Origin: Octopus vulgaris
Taxonomy: Eukaryota
DNA length: 64,000 nt
Direction of reading: 5' to 3'
NCBI GenBank assembly: GCA_951406725.2
Contig: OX597819.1
Span: 47,368,001 to 47,432,000, forward strand
Numbering within the stretch: position 1 is the stretch's first letter; each line of letters opens with the position of its first letter. A model generated the notes under the pieces. That model was given only the letters and a program-made list of their open reading frames with translations. It made no database searches and was not told where the DNA came from. Made by a program: the position numbers and the translations under genes. Positions 11,901 to 25,900 of this stretch are shown piece after piece.

Positions 11901-14900
11901 ATTTCGAATGCAGTATAGCTGAGAAAACAGAAAGATTGGGTATTTTACCATTATAAGACAAAAAAGTTGCCAGAAGGTGGCTACGGGACTTGAACCTGTA
12001 CCCCTGACATGACTGTTTATTAACTTCGTTCAAATACCATTTGTCTTTCGTTTGCAGACCTGGGAAGACCCAAATTTTGTAACCCCAGATACAAACACTA
12101 AGGGAGATTCTGACCCAATTGATGTTTGTGAAATTGGATCAAAGGTAAGTTGAAAAAATTAGGCATTGATTTTAACCCTTTAGCATTCAAATTTCTGTGT
12201 TAAATGTAATGCTTATTTATTCATATTGATTTGAATTAGTCATGTATTACCTTGTAGATTTTAGATTTCAATGACGTAATTGTTTATTTTTAGAATAATA
12301 TTGTAGGGTAAGTGAGAGGCTAGATCTGGCTAGTTTGAAGATAAAGTAGATTATTTTGGCTGGATATGGCTGGTTTAATTGCTAAAAGGTCAATCTTTTT
12401 TATACTAAACTGCATGTGACTGCTCTTGGTTGAATGATACCAACTCAACTGTTTTAAAGTCGTCTAAAATAAGATCACTTTAAAAGGTAACTCTGAGTTG
12501 CAGTAGAACTGTCAGTGACCAGATTGCAATTGGTGTGACATCTTTTTGACACTAAGAAGTAAATGTTAGAGAAGTTGAGTCTGTATTTTTGAATGGCTAA
12601 TATGCATCCTCCACACTGTTTGAATTTCAACACACAGTCCCAGATCAAATCACTTGCCAGACAAATCTCTGAAGTGTGTGTGTGTAAGAGATACATCCTC
12701 TTTAACCTCCAGAAAAACACCATTAAATTTTTTTTTTAAATGTATATTGATGATTTAGGTGTTATAGCGTTAACACATTTTCAATAATTAATCTACTCTT
12801 CAGATCCACAAACGGGGTGCTGTTATCCAAGTGAAAGTCCTCGGAGTGATGTGCCTTATTGATGAAGGTATATTTTACTCTTTCTCTCCTGTCTTGCATC
12901 CATATTTGTTTTTCTGTTCAATGAATAGTTTGAAATTTTGTTTTTATCAAAATTAATTAAAATTTATAAGTTTCTTAATTACACATAAATCTGTAGATTA
13001 TAAACAAAGAAAACAAACTGGAACAGTAGAGCTGTAGCAATTAAGCCATTGTGAAGAGTCATTCTTGTAATGGGGGCAATTTTTTTAATAGTTGAGAAAC
13101 AAAAGCTTAATTGTGAACTTTCATTTAGGTCTACTTGATCTCCTCTGTTGTATAGATGTAGCTTTGTAACATTTTGATGTGATCTACACAGCCAATATAT
13201 TGAATATATTGATTAAGCAAACATAATTATAATGTGATATGACAGAGAAAGCTGAATAAGAGAGAAATTCCCAACAGCTGGAGAAGATGAACACTTTTGA
13301 AACATATTGTAAATCTAAACAATGGATTGAGTGGGTGTATTTAAAAAGTATTGATTTGAAATAGAGATAAGAACTTGTGTCCTGGGTGAGCAGTAGTGGA
13401 TGATCAGATCTATGATCAACCATATCATTTTTCAGTTTTTTTGGTGACTTCGTCTACCACACTAATTTCAGATATATCATCTTTTAACATGTTTACCATG
13501 CTGGCATAGGTTGGCTGGTCTTTTGTGAGGCACCAGACTCCAGTCTGATTTGGCAAAATTTTCTACAGCTGAATTCCCTTCCTAATGCCTACCCACTTTA
13601 CAGTGTGTGCTGGGCGCTTTTACATGGCACTGTCATGAGTGCTTTACACCAACAGAAGGATCAGTCTTAACATTGCTGCTGCAGAGTACGGGTCTTCTTG
13701 AGTATGGCCAGGTGCCTGAAAGATTTAGTTTTCTGAGGTCATTCAGTGTGTATGTGTGTGCCTGCCGGCCAAAGCCAACCTTGCTGATGCTGGTGTCATG
13801 TAAAAAGCATCCACTCTACTCTGTAAAGTGGTAGGAGTTAATAAGGACATTCAGCTGTAAACACCATGCCAGAACAGTAGAGCTTGGTGCACATCTCTGG
13901 CTAGCCAGCTCCTGTCGAATCATCTAACCCATGCCAGCATGGAAGATGTACGTTAAATGATGTTGGTGATAGATATAATATACAACAGGCTTCCTTATGG
14001 TTTCCGTTTACTAGTTCCACTCACAAGACAATGGTTGACCCAAGATTTCAGAAGTCACTTACCCAAGTGACTTCTGTAATCAAACCAGCCATGCAGTGAG
14101 ATAAAACTTGAGTCTATGTGTGTACACAGAGGAAAATGCTGTCTTTTATTTATTGTATAAATTACCAACATATTAATTTTTTGTGAGTGAGTCCACTCGA
14201 GAATAAACCTACAAATTTTAGCTGATACTGTGTATGCAAACTAATGAGAATTAAATGCACTAGATATATCATTGTAAACAGCTTGTGTTCATTGTTTAAC
14301 GTCTGTTTTCCATGCTGGCATGGGTTGGATGGTTCAACTGGGGTCTGGGAAACCAGGAGGCTGCACCAGGCTCCAGTCTGATCTGGCAGTGTTTCTACAG
14401 CTGGATGCCCTTCCTAATGTCAACCACTCCGCAATTGTAGTGGGTGCTTTTTACGTGCCACCGGCATGGGAGCCATAGGGGCTGGCATCAGCCACGTTAC
14501 CTGATTTAACAAAGTGCATAATAATGACAGCTATACAAGTGCAGTTTCAACATATACAGTTGAGGATCTGGTATTCTGTTGCTGACAGTATTTTTGATAC
14601 TTGAAACTGTTGTAAGTTGATCTGTCTTTTCCTGTCCATTGTAATAACGTTGAAACAGAGATAGCAGTTTATGATTGTTTATTGTAAACTAATTATTTAA
14701 ACTATTGTAAACTATACAAGGCACACAGCTGTGTGGTAAGTAGCTTGCTTACATGGTTCCGGGTTCAGTCCCACTGTGTGGCACCTTGGACAAGTGTCTT
14801 CTACTATAGCCCCAGGTCGACCAAAGCCCTATGAGTGGATTTGGTAGACAGAAACTGAAAGAAGCTCATCGTGTGTATAAATGTGTGTATTTGTGTGCCT

Positions 14901-17900
14901 GTGTTTGTCCTCTCCCATCATCACTTGCCAACCGATGTTGGTGTGTTTATCTCCCCCGTAACTTAGTGGTTTGGCAAAAGTGACTGATAGAATAAGTACT
15001 AGGCTTACAAAGAATAAGTCCTAGGGTCGATGTGTTCGACCAAAGGCAGTGCTCCAGCATGGCTGCAGGCAAATGACTGAAATTAAAAAAGAATAAAAGA
15101 ATATTGTAGCCTATTGTAAACTAATTATTCTACACATGTAGTCGCAGGTCAAATCTACAGGAGGTTTATTCTGTAGTTTATTTATTGTATTTTGTAGCAT
15201 GTCTTGCATGTTTACAAACAGAACTTTGTTCCTAATTCTAGCAAAGTACTATGGATTTTTTATCTCTTTAATTTCAGGAGAGACTGATTGGAAAGTTCTA
15301 GCAATTGATGTTACCGATCCATTAGCCAGTGATTTAAATGGTAAGTTTTAGAATTATTTTTGCTGATTTTTATGGCACTGTATTCTGTCCAATTATTTTT
15401 TTTTTTCAGTCAAAGATTACTTAATACTTGTGTGTGTATTATAAATACATGTGTTTCTAGCCTGAGAGGATGATTGTAAAAATTTTAACAATTTTTATAA
15501 ATTGTTGGAACATATATTAATATTCCCACATATTTTGCATATATAAAAAATAAATAAAACATCTATTTTTGGAGTGATGGTGACTTGGATGGAGGTCTGC
15601 ATTAAAATTGAAATGATCCATAAAAATAAGTTTTTTTCTTTTTTCTTTTTTTGCTAGTAGAACACCTATAATCTTTATTTTAAAGAGATGGTAAATACTT
15701 AAGTGGAATAACTCTATTATTTAACTGGTATTATTTCTACACAGGTTGACATCATGATTTTGTGATATTGTTCAGCTTGTATGTTCTGCCTGGAGGTTAT
15801 GACACTCCAGATCATATTAAACATTGTTCATTGGCATGTTGTGAATTCAAATCTATATTGCTTCAAGCCTCAGTTCACTTAGAAATATAAATCTCTTAGT
15901 GAACTGGCTTAACCTTGAAGTCCACTTGTCATCTCAATCTGCCTTGTTATCAATTCTGAAAAGTCTTATATACTGATAACATTCTGTCTTAGTTGTGTTA
16001 ATCTATCAGTATTACAACCTGAATTTCCTTCAAGTCTCCTCGTGATTTTAAAGTCGAGATGACATTACATTTATAATTAGAGTAGTGTTCTCATAACATT
16101 TGTATTAAAGATGGAGAGTGTGTAATTTTTCATGAAGTTAGCTGCCGCTACTTTCCAATTGGGTTGGTATGCTATTTCCTGCAGAATATTGATCTAGAGC
16201 CCAGACAACTGAAAAAAAAGCCATCAAGATAAGGCATAGCAATTGAAATTAACTCAATTGTGGCTCTGGTTGGCAAGAGGCCACCCTTCTACAGGCAAAA
16301 ACTAATTAAGTTTTCACTGCTCCATTCAGGTGTAATGCTTGTGACTCTGAGATACCTCTTTTACTTGTTTCAGTCATTTGACTGCGACCATGCTGGAGCA
16401 CCGCCTTTAATCGAGCAAATCGACCCTGGGGCTTATTCTTTTGTAAGCCCAGTACTTATTCTATCGGTCTCTTTTGCCGAACCGCTAAGTAACGGGGACA
16501 TAAACACACCAGCATCAGTTGTCAAGCAATGCTGGGGGGACAAACACAAACGCACAAACACACACACGCACATATATATATATACACACACATGACGGGC
16601 TTCTTTCAGTTTCCGTCTACCAAATCCACTCACAAGGCTTTGGTCGGCCCGAGACTATAGTAGAAGACACTTGCCCAGTGGGACTGAACCCGGAACCATG
16701 TGGTTGGTTAGCAAGCTACTTACCACACAGCCACTCCTGCGCCTACCTGTTCATAATATGGAAAGATTTCCAATAATGCAATGGATTCAGAACAGAAGCT
16801 TGCAATACTTGCTGAATAGCTTTTGCAATTTCTGCATAGAGCAAAGAATCTCGGTTTATTTCAGCTATGTTCATATTTTTGTTCTTACTCTTAATCTCTG
16901 TTTCTTTTGTGTTTTAGATGTCGATGACATAGAAAAATCAATGCCTGGATTTTTAAAGGTAAGTTAAGACTTAATTCTGGAATTACGTTTTAGCATTGCT
17001 GTAGCAATCATTTGAAAAAGTGCTTTTTGGTTGATTGGAATTTGGAATACATATTCCACATTGGAAATACAAACAAGCCTAAATAAAACATTTATGGTTG
17101 AGAAATATGCATCCCATAATGGCAGTAAATATTCTGAAATTCAGCTATTTAACATTTGAGTCTGTTAGAATGTTTTAAGAATGGATTGATATATTATTGT
17201 TTGGTTTCATGCTCTCCTGCATGCACTCCATGAATTATCTGTTTTGGCAGACATGAACAAACATCAGCAAATAATTTCTTTACAGATTCCTATAAACAAG
17301 AACTTGTGCTCTTAAATTTGTCAGCCTGTTAAGGTAGCTTTGGTTACAGAGGTACACAATATGATTGAACCATATTGTGTACTTATTGCACAGTGAATCA
17401 CATGTTAGATACAGGCATCATCCAAAGGGAGGATGTGTTCTCTGATGATGAAAACCAACAGTGATCAAATATTCATGTTCAAATCTGCCAGAATGTATTA
17501 AGAATGAATAAATGCATTGTTATTTTCAAAGTATCCAGTATTTAAAAAAAAAAAAAAAAATCCAATGATAATTGCATCTTTCAACTCACCTCCACTGTAT
17601 TTCATCACTTTTCTTTGGTATAGCTTCTGTTTGGAGCCTATGTGGTTAGCTATATTTAGACAGTGAATTGGCCAAGTTCTTAGTTGGATTGAATGCCTCA
17701 TAGTATTTGTTCTAAGTCTGTGCATTCTGAGTTCAAATCCTGCCTAGATCAGTTTTGTCATTCATCCTTTTTAGGGCCAATAAAGCAGCCTTAACCTAGG
17801 ATACAAGGTTGGCAGAACTGCAAGGGGGATCAGGCAAGATGTTATATCTTCCTGACTTTTGTAGCATTCTAACAGCAATGCTGGTGATAACACTGCTGCC

Positions 17901-19009
17901 AAACTATCAACCAAAGTTGTCAGCCTTTTCTTTGAATAAACTTTGGTGGGTGTGTGTGGGTTGGGGCAACAGAAGACTTGCATGTAAAGGCAACTGCCAA
18001 TTTTCTTCTAAAATTTGTCCAAGCCCCTGCATACATGTGCAACTGACTGTTTTTCTTCCAGTCACACGTCTCCCCTTGTAGAAATTTAAATCCATTGTTA
18101 ACATTAACCTCACCTTGTCTGAGGTCTTTTGTCAAACAAATCGCTAAAAAAATTTTGATGGATTTCCTGTTGTGATTTGAAATCGCTGATGTAAAAAAAA
18201 AAAATGCAAGCGATTTTCATGCAAGATTTTCTCCTTTTCATGGCTTTTGCAAGTTAAATTTTTTTCTTTATAGTAGCTAAGAAATTTAATGAAAACACTG
18301 CATTGAATTGCAGAGTTATCTCTCTTAGATCACAAGCTGTTCATTGCGTAGATGGATTAAAATAGAGGCTACTGAGAATTGTTCCAATAAGTCAAGTTAT
18401 ATATCTGTTAATAATAATAAGGTTTCTGAATTGTCATTAATCTTTAAAATAAACATTTTAGGACTATCTTTATCCTTTGCATCACCTTTGCTAGACACCT
18501 GAACAATTTTAACATTTTTCCCTTTAATATTTCCTTATTTACTTAGGCAACCTATGAATGGTTCCGTTACTATAAAGTGCCTGATGGAAAACAAGAAAAT
18601 CAGTTTGCTTTCAATGGGGAAGCTAAAAACAAGGTAAACCTTCATTCATCTTCACTTTTTCATGTTTTGTTTCAGTTGTTACTGTTTTATAACTTGCTTT
18701 AATCCCTCATTCAGATAATTTTATCAAATGGAATGCTTTTTATTTACACATGGCTGTAAAGCAAGCAGCTTAATCACACAACCATATCTTTACTCATATA
18801 TATATATATATATATATCATGTTGAACCGTTAATCCTTACACCTTTTTTCTCCCTCCATTTAAAAAAAAAATTTTAAACTTTTAATCCTGTCTGTTGAAG
18901 AGTGTAGGCTCAAAATGTAAAAGACTTTTCCATTCTTCCTGAGCGTTAAACTAATACACTTGCTTGTTGTTCTTACACTTGTCTTTGTCTTTTGTTTTCT
19001 GTGAATTTG

Positions 19010-19051
<42 letters not shown>

Positions 19052-19947
19052 TTTACCATCATCACTTTAATTTTAACATTCACTTTCCCATGTGTGTGGG
19101 TTGGATGAAATTTGTTGAGGCAGGTAGATTTCCTATGACTCTTTCCTCCTACCAACCCTCACCTGTTTCCAGGCAAAGTACTGTTTCCTATGATCAGACA
19201 GGTTTCCATAGAAAATAGAAAATGAATGACACTGATTATATGAGAGAGCAACACTCATTTACAAGTATCACATTACCAAGGCAAGAAGACATGTATAATA
19301 ATAATATGCATATTTGTGTTAATGAGGACACGTGAAACTGCCATTCACAATCTGAGCAAAAAAAGTGACATTGTATACATTTCTTAATAAACGAATGTCT
19401 TGTAATTCTACAGACATGTGCAGATTGATGCAATGAAATAAAAGAAACCGTTGAGAAGCAAGTGGGAATTGACAAGAGCAGCTGACCATAAAAAGCCTAC
19501 TTCAAAAGTTTCATCTAACCTGTAACAGCTTGAAGAAAAAATGTAAAAATGTTGATGAATGCAAAATTATACCAGAGTAAATTTGTATTTGTGTCTATTT
19601 CCAGTAGCTAAATGTAAATGTAGCTATGATGTAATTATTTTAGGATATCAGATTGAATCACTTCCTATACAAACACAACTGAATACGACTCACTGCAGAT
19701 ATATACAATTGTATATTCATGTAAAGTCCTACTCTCTTTTACTCTTTGCTCTTTTACTCTTTGCTATTTTACTTGTTTCAGTCATTTAAATGCAGCCATG
19801 CTAGAGCACTGCCTTTAGTCGAAGAAATCGACCCCCCAAGTCTAGTACTTATATCGGTCTCTTTTGCCGAGCTGCTAAGTTATGGGGATGTAAACACACC
19901 ATCAACGGTTGTCAAGTGATGTTGGTGGGGGTGCACACAGATATATA

Positions 19948-19999
<52 letters not shown>

Positions 20000-22900
20000 G
20001 ACGGGCTTTCTTTTAGTTTCCATCTACCAAATCCACTCACAAGGCTTTGGTTGGTCCAAGGCTATAGTAGACACTTGCCCAAGGTGTCAGGCAGCGGGAC
20101 TGAACCCGGAACCATCTGGTTGGTAAGCAAGCTATTTACCACACAGCCACTCCTTGTCCTGTTTAACATTTTCAATTGTTATTGGCAGTGATGAAACCTA
20201 TCACTGCAAGATTAGTCCTGGGAGAAAATTCTCCATCTAGACTTGTGTAAACACATTTTGTTTTGGTCTCTGACACTATTATCTCCGTTTCTCACAACCT
20301 GGTAAATATCCAATTATTGAAACAGTGAAAGGGATGTATGCTGGCGTGCAAATGGCCTGGTCAGGCTAAAGTTAAATAATTGTCGTATGAAGTAGCTTTC
20401 CGGATATATTTTATTCAAAGCTGTTTTTTGTGACAATTATACAGAATTGTCTTAATTAAAAGTGGTGTTTAACCTTTCAGCATTCACATTATTCTGTCAA
20501 ATGTAATGCTTATTTATTCACATTGTTTTGAATTCATCATGCATTACCTTGTAGCTTTAAGATTTTGATGAGGTAACTGTTAAATTTTTGGGTGCTACTT
20601 TGGTGTGTGATCTACAAGGGAGATTACTTTAGATTACTTTTTAAAATTATTTTGTTCGTACTTATCATTTTAAATGTATATTTTCAAAATTCTTGCTATT
20701 TTAATAAGTAAACCATATAATAATTAAAATATGCACATACATCAATCACCAAAGTAAATTTGCTCATGTAGACCACACAGAAAGTATCACTAACACAAAG
20801 TATAATTAAGTAACCTAAAGTAATCTCCCTTTAAATTGACACCTTTCTTTTTCTTAAATGATGTGAATTTAGTGCTGGTTTATTGTAAAAATGCAACTAC
20901 CTTTGTCTCATTGCTGATCATATTGTGAAACTTTTTAGCCAACATCTTACAGGTTTTTAGAAATTGAAAAGTAAATTAAAAAGTAACCTTGTAAATCACA
21001 TGCTGGACTAGCACCAGTTTTTGAATGATATTGTAGGATTGATGCAAGAGGCCATATCTGGCCAGTTTGAACATAAAACAGGTGGAATATTTTGGCTGGA
21101 TATGGCTGGTTTAAATGCTAAAATGTTAAAAAAATAAACTGTTACAATTAGTCAATGTCTTTTTTTTTTTGTAGGCTTATGCTCTGAAAATTGTTACTGA
21201 GACTCATGAACAATGGGAGAAACTGATGAATAAAATGACTGATGCTGAAGGAATCCGATGGTATGCATTTATTTTCTGTTTTAAGAATCTAATAAATTCT
21301 ACAGAATTTACAACACATATCCATTTCATGACAATGTTTCTTTGTAAGCTTCTTATAGTCTTTTATCTTTCAATAGTTTGTCATTTGATTGTGGCCATGC
21401 TGGGGTGCCACCTTGAAGGGTTTTAGTTGAAGGAATTGGCCCTGAACTTATTTTTAAGCCTCGTACTTATTCTATCGGTCTCTTTTGCTGAACCACTAAG
21501 TTGCGTGAACGTAAACATATCAGCACCAGCTGTCAAGCGGTGATGGGGAACAAACACATGCACAAATATATACATATATGATGGACTTCTTTCAGCTTTC
21601 ATCTACCAAATTCATTCAAGGCTCTGGTTGACCCGAGGCTATAGTAGAAGACGCTTGCCCAAGCTGTCACAGTGGGACTGAACCTGGGACCATGTGGTTG
21701 GGTAGCAAGTTTATCACATAGTCACGCCTGTATTGATTTTAAAAAAAATGTTCTTTTTAGATTTTAAAAATTTAGTTATTATTTATTCAAAGGAATATTT
21801 CTTATATCACTGGTCCACCATCATTTTTGATTGTGTGTATATTTATCATAAGGATTTAAAAAATGTGAAAATTCTCTAGCTGAACACGTAGATAAAGCTA
21901 TAAAAACTAATGTAAATAGCATACTTTGGTCCAGTGGTAGAATGTCATATTTACAGATGTGGTTTTTCAGACCTCACAGGTAGCCTTTGAGTTTTCTATC
22001 CAAAACATCAAATAGCCCTTGTTTGTATTTGCTGTGCAATGATTTTAAGAAATCAAAGATAAATAGCTTCTTTATAACTTTCATCATTTATTTCAAAATA
22101 TATTCAACCATAAGGTAATTTGACAAAACTGGATTGGATTATTAACTAAATGATTGGATCCACATAACCTGAGAATTCTGGGATTATGGGCCGTTGCATT
22201 TTGTATTAAAGGATACTCTACACTTGTCATTTATGTATTGTTCTGTAATTTGTTACTTCTGGTAAATCAACATATATATAAAAACAAAAATGCATATAGA
22301 GAAAATCACATCTTTAATTGTAGAATTTACCTTACAAAGCTAACAGTTGTTTTTATTGTATTAGATATAGAAAATATCATTGAAGTTAATATTTCCGAAT
22401 ATACATGCTAACGCATTTCCAAGGTGTTCCAAAATTAGTTGGATGTGTATTTTACTTAAATTTACTGGTGTCTTATTGTTGGATATAGTTAACCAAATTT
22501 GTTTAAAACAGTGCTTTATTGATATCTGCCTGGACTATCTTAACCCCCTGACAACCTCTTTTTTCCTTATATACACATACTGTAATTTTGGGCATGTAAG
22601 GTGCATGGACATATAATATACGCCCTGATTTTAGCAAGCCTAATCTATTAAAAAAAAAAGCAACCAAAAACTGCAGCTAATTGTAAATCCTTTCACTGAA
22701 TGTCTCACACATTTTCATGTATAGGAACTATGAAAATATAGACTGATGCTGTTTGGTATTCTATTATGGTAGGCTAAGTTATAATATTTACCTTACCACA
22801 ACCAAACATCACTACTGCCCTCCACTTTCACCAGTATTATCCATTATTAATACTGAGTCCTACCCAAAACCTGATCATTAGTATATAAAGTGCAGAAGGG

Positions 22901-25900
22901 CATTTGGTGGGTTTTTTAAAATTATATGCTGGAAAACGTGTGTCTGTGTGTGTTATTTTGATATATTTCATATTTATGAGAGACAGCTTGCAAGAAGATA
23001 CATATGTGCCATCTTTTACCCTGCATATAGTTGTATTGTTTTGACTTTTATAATTGCATGCTCTGGTTTCCCTACCAGAAGTTAGTGCTTACATTTGCTG
23101 TAACAACTGCATTAAGTCTAAAGCAATGCAAGTAAATGTTCTGAAATATTGTAATTTCAGTGAAAATACCAGTGTTGCTAACAGTCCTTATACTATAACA
23201 AAGGACGAAGCACAGGCTGTCGTCAATAATGTAAGTATAATACTTTATCAATAATCTGTTATTATCAATAATCTATTGCAAGCAGGCTGTATATTTGATT
23301 TTTTTTTTTGTATGGGTTTCATTCTTTTATTTTACTTGTTTTAGTCATTTGATTGCAGCCATGCTGGAGCACCACCTTGAAGGGTTTTAGTCAAATTGAC
23401 CCCTGGGCTTTTTCTTTTCTTTGTTTTTATTAAAATACTTAGCCTTTTGCTGAACCACTAAGTTATGGAGATGTAGACACACCAACACTGGTTGTCAAGC
23501 AGTGATGATGGGGTGAAACACACACATGCATACACTCACTCTCACATAAACGACATGCTTCTTTTAATTTCCATCTTCCAAATCCACTCACAAGGCTTTG
23601 GTCAGCGCAAGGCTATTAAAAATACTTGCCCAAGCTTCTTTGCAGTGGGGCTGAACCTGGAACCATGTTCTCCGTACTTGCTTAAGTTGGAGTTGGGGTG
23701 TCATCCTAGTTGAGTCAGTTCTTATTTAAAGTTACTGCCAACCTGAATGGTTTGGAAGACCATATCATGCTTTGTCCTCTCAGTTTTTGTATAGTTCCTT
23801 TAGCTGAGTGCCCTTAACACAAACTACTTAAGAGTGTATTTAGTGCATTTTATCATGGTACTAGAACTGTCAAGGCTTTGGGCCAGCCTAAAGTCTCTTT
23901 GTGACCCTAAATTGTCTCAACTTGTTTTACCAACTGCTTTCCAAAAGTGTACTGAGTGTATTTTATCATGGCATGTGCATTAGAATTCAAGAGGACTTTT
24001 GTTCTGTATTTAAGAGATGAGGAATTATGTACATTATTTACATTTGACAGATATTTGTCCTCATCTTGTTTCAGCTGATATACCCTCCAGCCTTCGTCAG
24101 GTGTCTTAGGGAAATTTCGAACCTGGGTTCTCATTCCTAAGGTATTTTTCAATGTTGTTATTATTATCCAGGTCACTGCTTGGAATTGAACTCTGAATCT
24201 TGGGGTTAGTAGCCCGCACTCTTAACCACTATGCCATATGCCTGTGGCTGGAGGGTATATCAGCTGAAATGTTGTGTTAACAAGATGAGGACAAATATCT
24301 GTCAATTGTAAATAAGAGTAACTCTGTTACTTATTTAACACCTGTTTTCTATGCTAGCATGGGTCAAGTGATTTGACAGGGTCTGATGAGCTGCAGAGTT
24401 GTCGGGCTCCAATGTCTTCTTTAATATGGTTTCTACAGCTGAATGCCCATCCTAACAGTAACCACTTTATGGTGTGTACTGGGTGCTTTAGAGATGAGGA
24501 GTTTCTATATACATACCAGTAATATCTTGTATTAAGTACACAACTTGGTTCTTTAATCTAGATTAATTCCATTTCCATGTATTTCTTCTACAGGCTCCTG
24601 ATGCTGGTCCTCCTGCTGAATTACCAAGTGATGGTAGGTATTTTTCATTGAAATAGTTCAAATAACTTCACCTTCTCATTATTTTTTCTCTCTCTCTCTC
24701 TTTTACTTCATCATTGTTTCGCACCCACCTTCCATGCTGGCAAAGCCTTTGAGGTCAAAATGTATAACTTTCAATTGCAAGAACATTATTCTCATATTAG
24801 CTTTGTATGGAGGATCTGACTACTATTTCTAGCAGGTCAAACATCTAGATTCTCTTTTTCTTCCTTTCTCTCTCATGTGTTTTTGTTTGGTCAGTTGATG
24901 TTAACAGTTGTATACAATTGCTACTAATAATTACTTGAACTGTGAAGTAGGAGTAAAGCGTGAGCAAACAAACAGTTGTATAGGAGATAATAACAGATGA
25001 TGACAATTGTAAAGGTAGAACTTATAACCATGTATTTAGTAGTCCAACATGTCAACAACATGGCTATTGTGTCTTTATTAATATAACAAACTTTCCAGAT
25101 ACTGATGGTCCGGAACCTCTTATAATGTGTACTAATTTACTTAAATAAAATGAAATACAAATACCTGTATATTAATGTAATTAATTAACCCTTTCATTCC
25201 TGTATTTCTATTGATATACACTTCTTCTTAATCCTTTTTGCCCCTTGTGGAGCAAAGGGCCTCAACAGTTGTTTTCCCCTTTTTGCAGTCATTTTTTTGG
25301 CATGTTTCTTGGCTGCTTCCCATGTCAGGCTGGTGGTCCTGAGCTCGTCCAAAATGCTCCACTTCCATGTCTTCTTCAGGCGTCCTTGGTTCCTTTTCCC
25401 CTGCGGGTTCTAGTCAAGTGCTTGTCATGTCACATTTGAGTGTTCTTTCCGCAGTGTGTCCCCGATCCATCTCCATTTCCTTCGTCTAATCTGAACACCT
25501 TTGACTTAATTGATTTTTAAAATAGTGAAGAATTTATTAAAATACCTCTCTCATTTTTAAGATGGTGTTTGGAACATAAATTAACATGAAATTTTGATGG
25601 ACCTTTTTAACGTAGATCATTTAAAAGAAAAAGAGAAATTCTTATCGTAGGACTAGGGGCAATCTTTATTAATATCACACAAACTTTCCAGACACTGATG
25701 GTTCAGAACCTCTTGTAATTACAGTAATATACAGGTACCTGTATTTCCCTTTTATTTATTAACTCTTTTGTTACCAGATTTCAGTTAAAATCCACTACCT
25801 TTGTCTTATTGAATTTTTAAAATGAAGAATTCAAGCTGGTGTTTGGAACGTAAATTAACACAAAATTTTGGAAGTTTATAATTCAGATCACTTTAACCCA

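Noticed and set aside
12106-12126. DSDPID instead of the common DNDPID in PPase
   Set aside because: Ser is allowed in the family I signature and the three Asp residues are intact.
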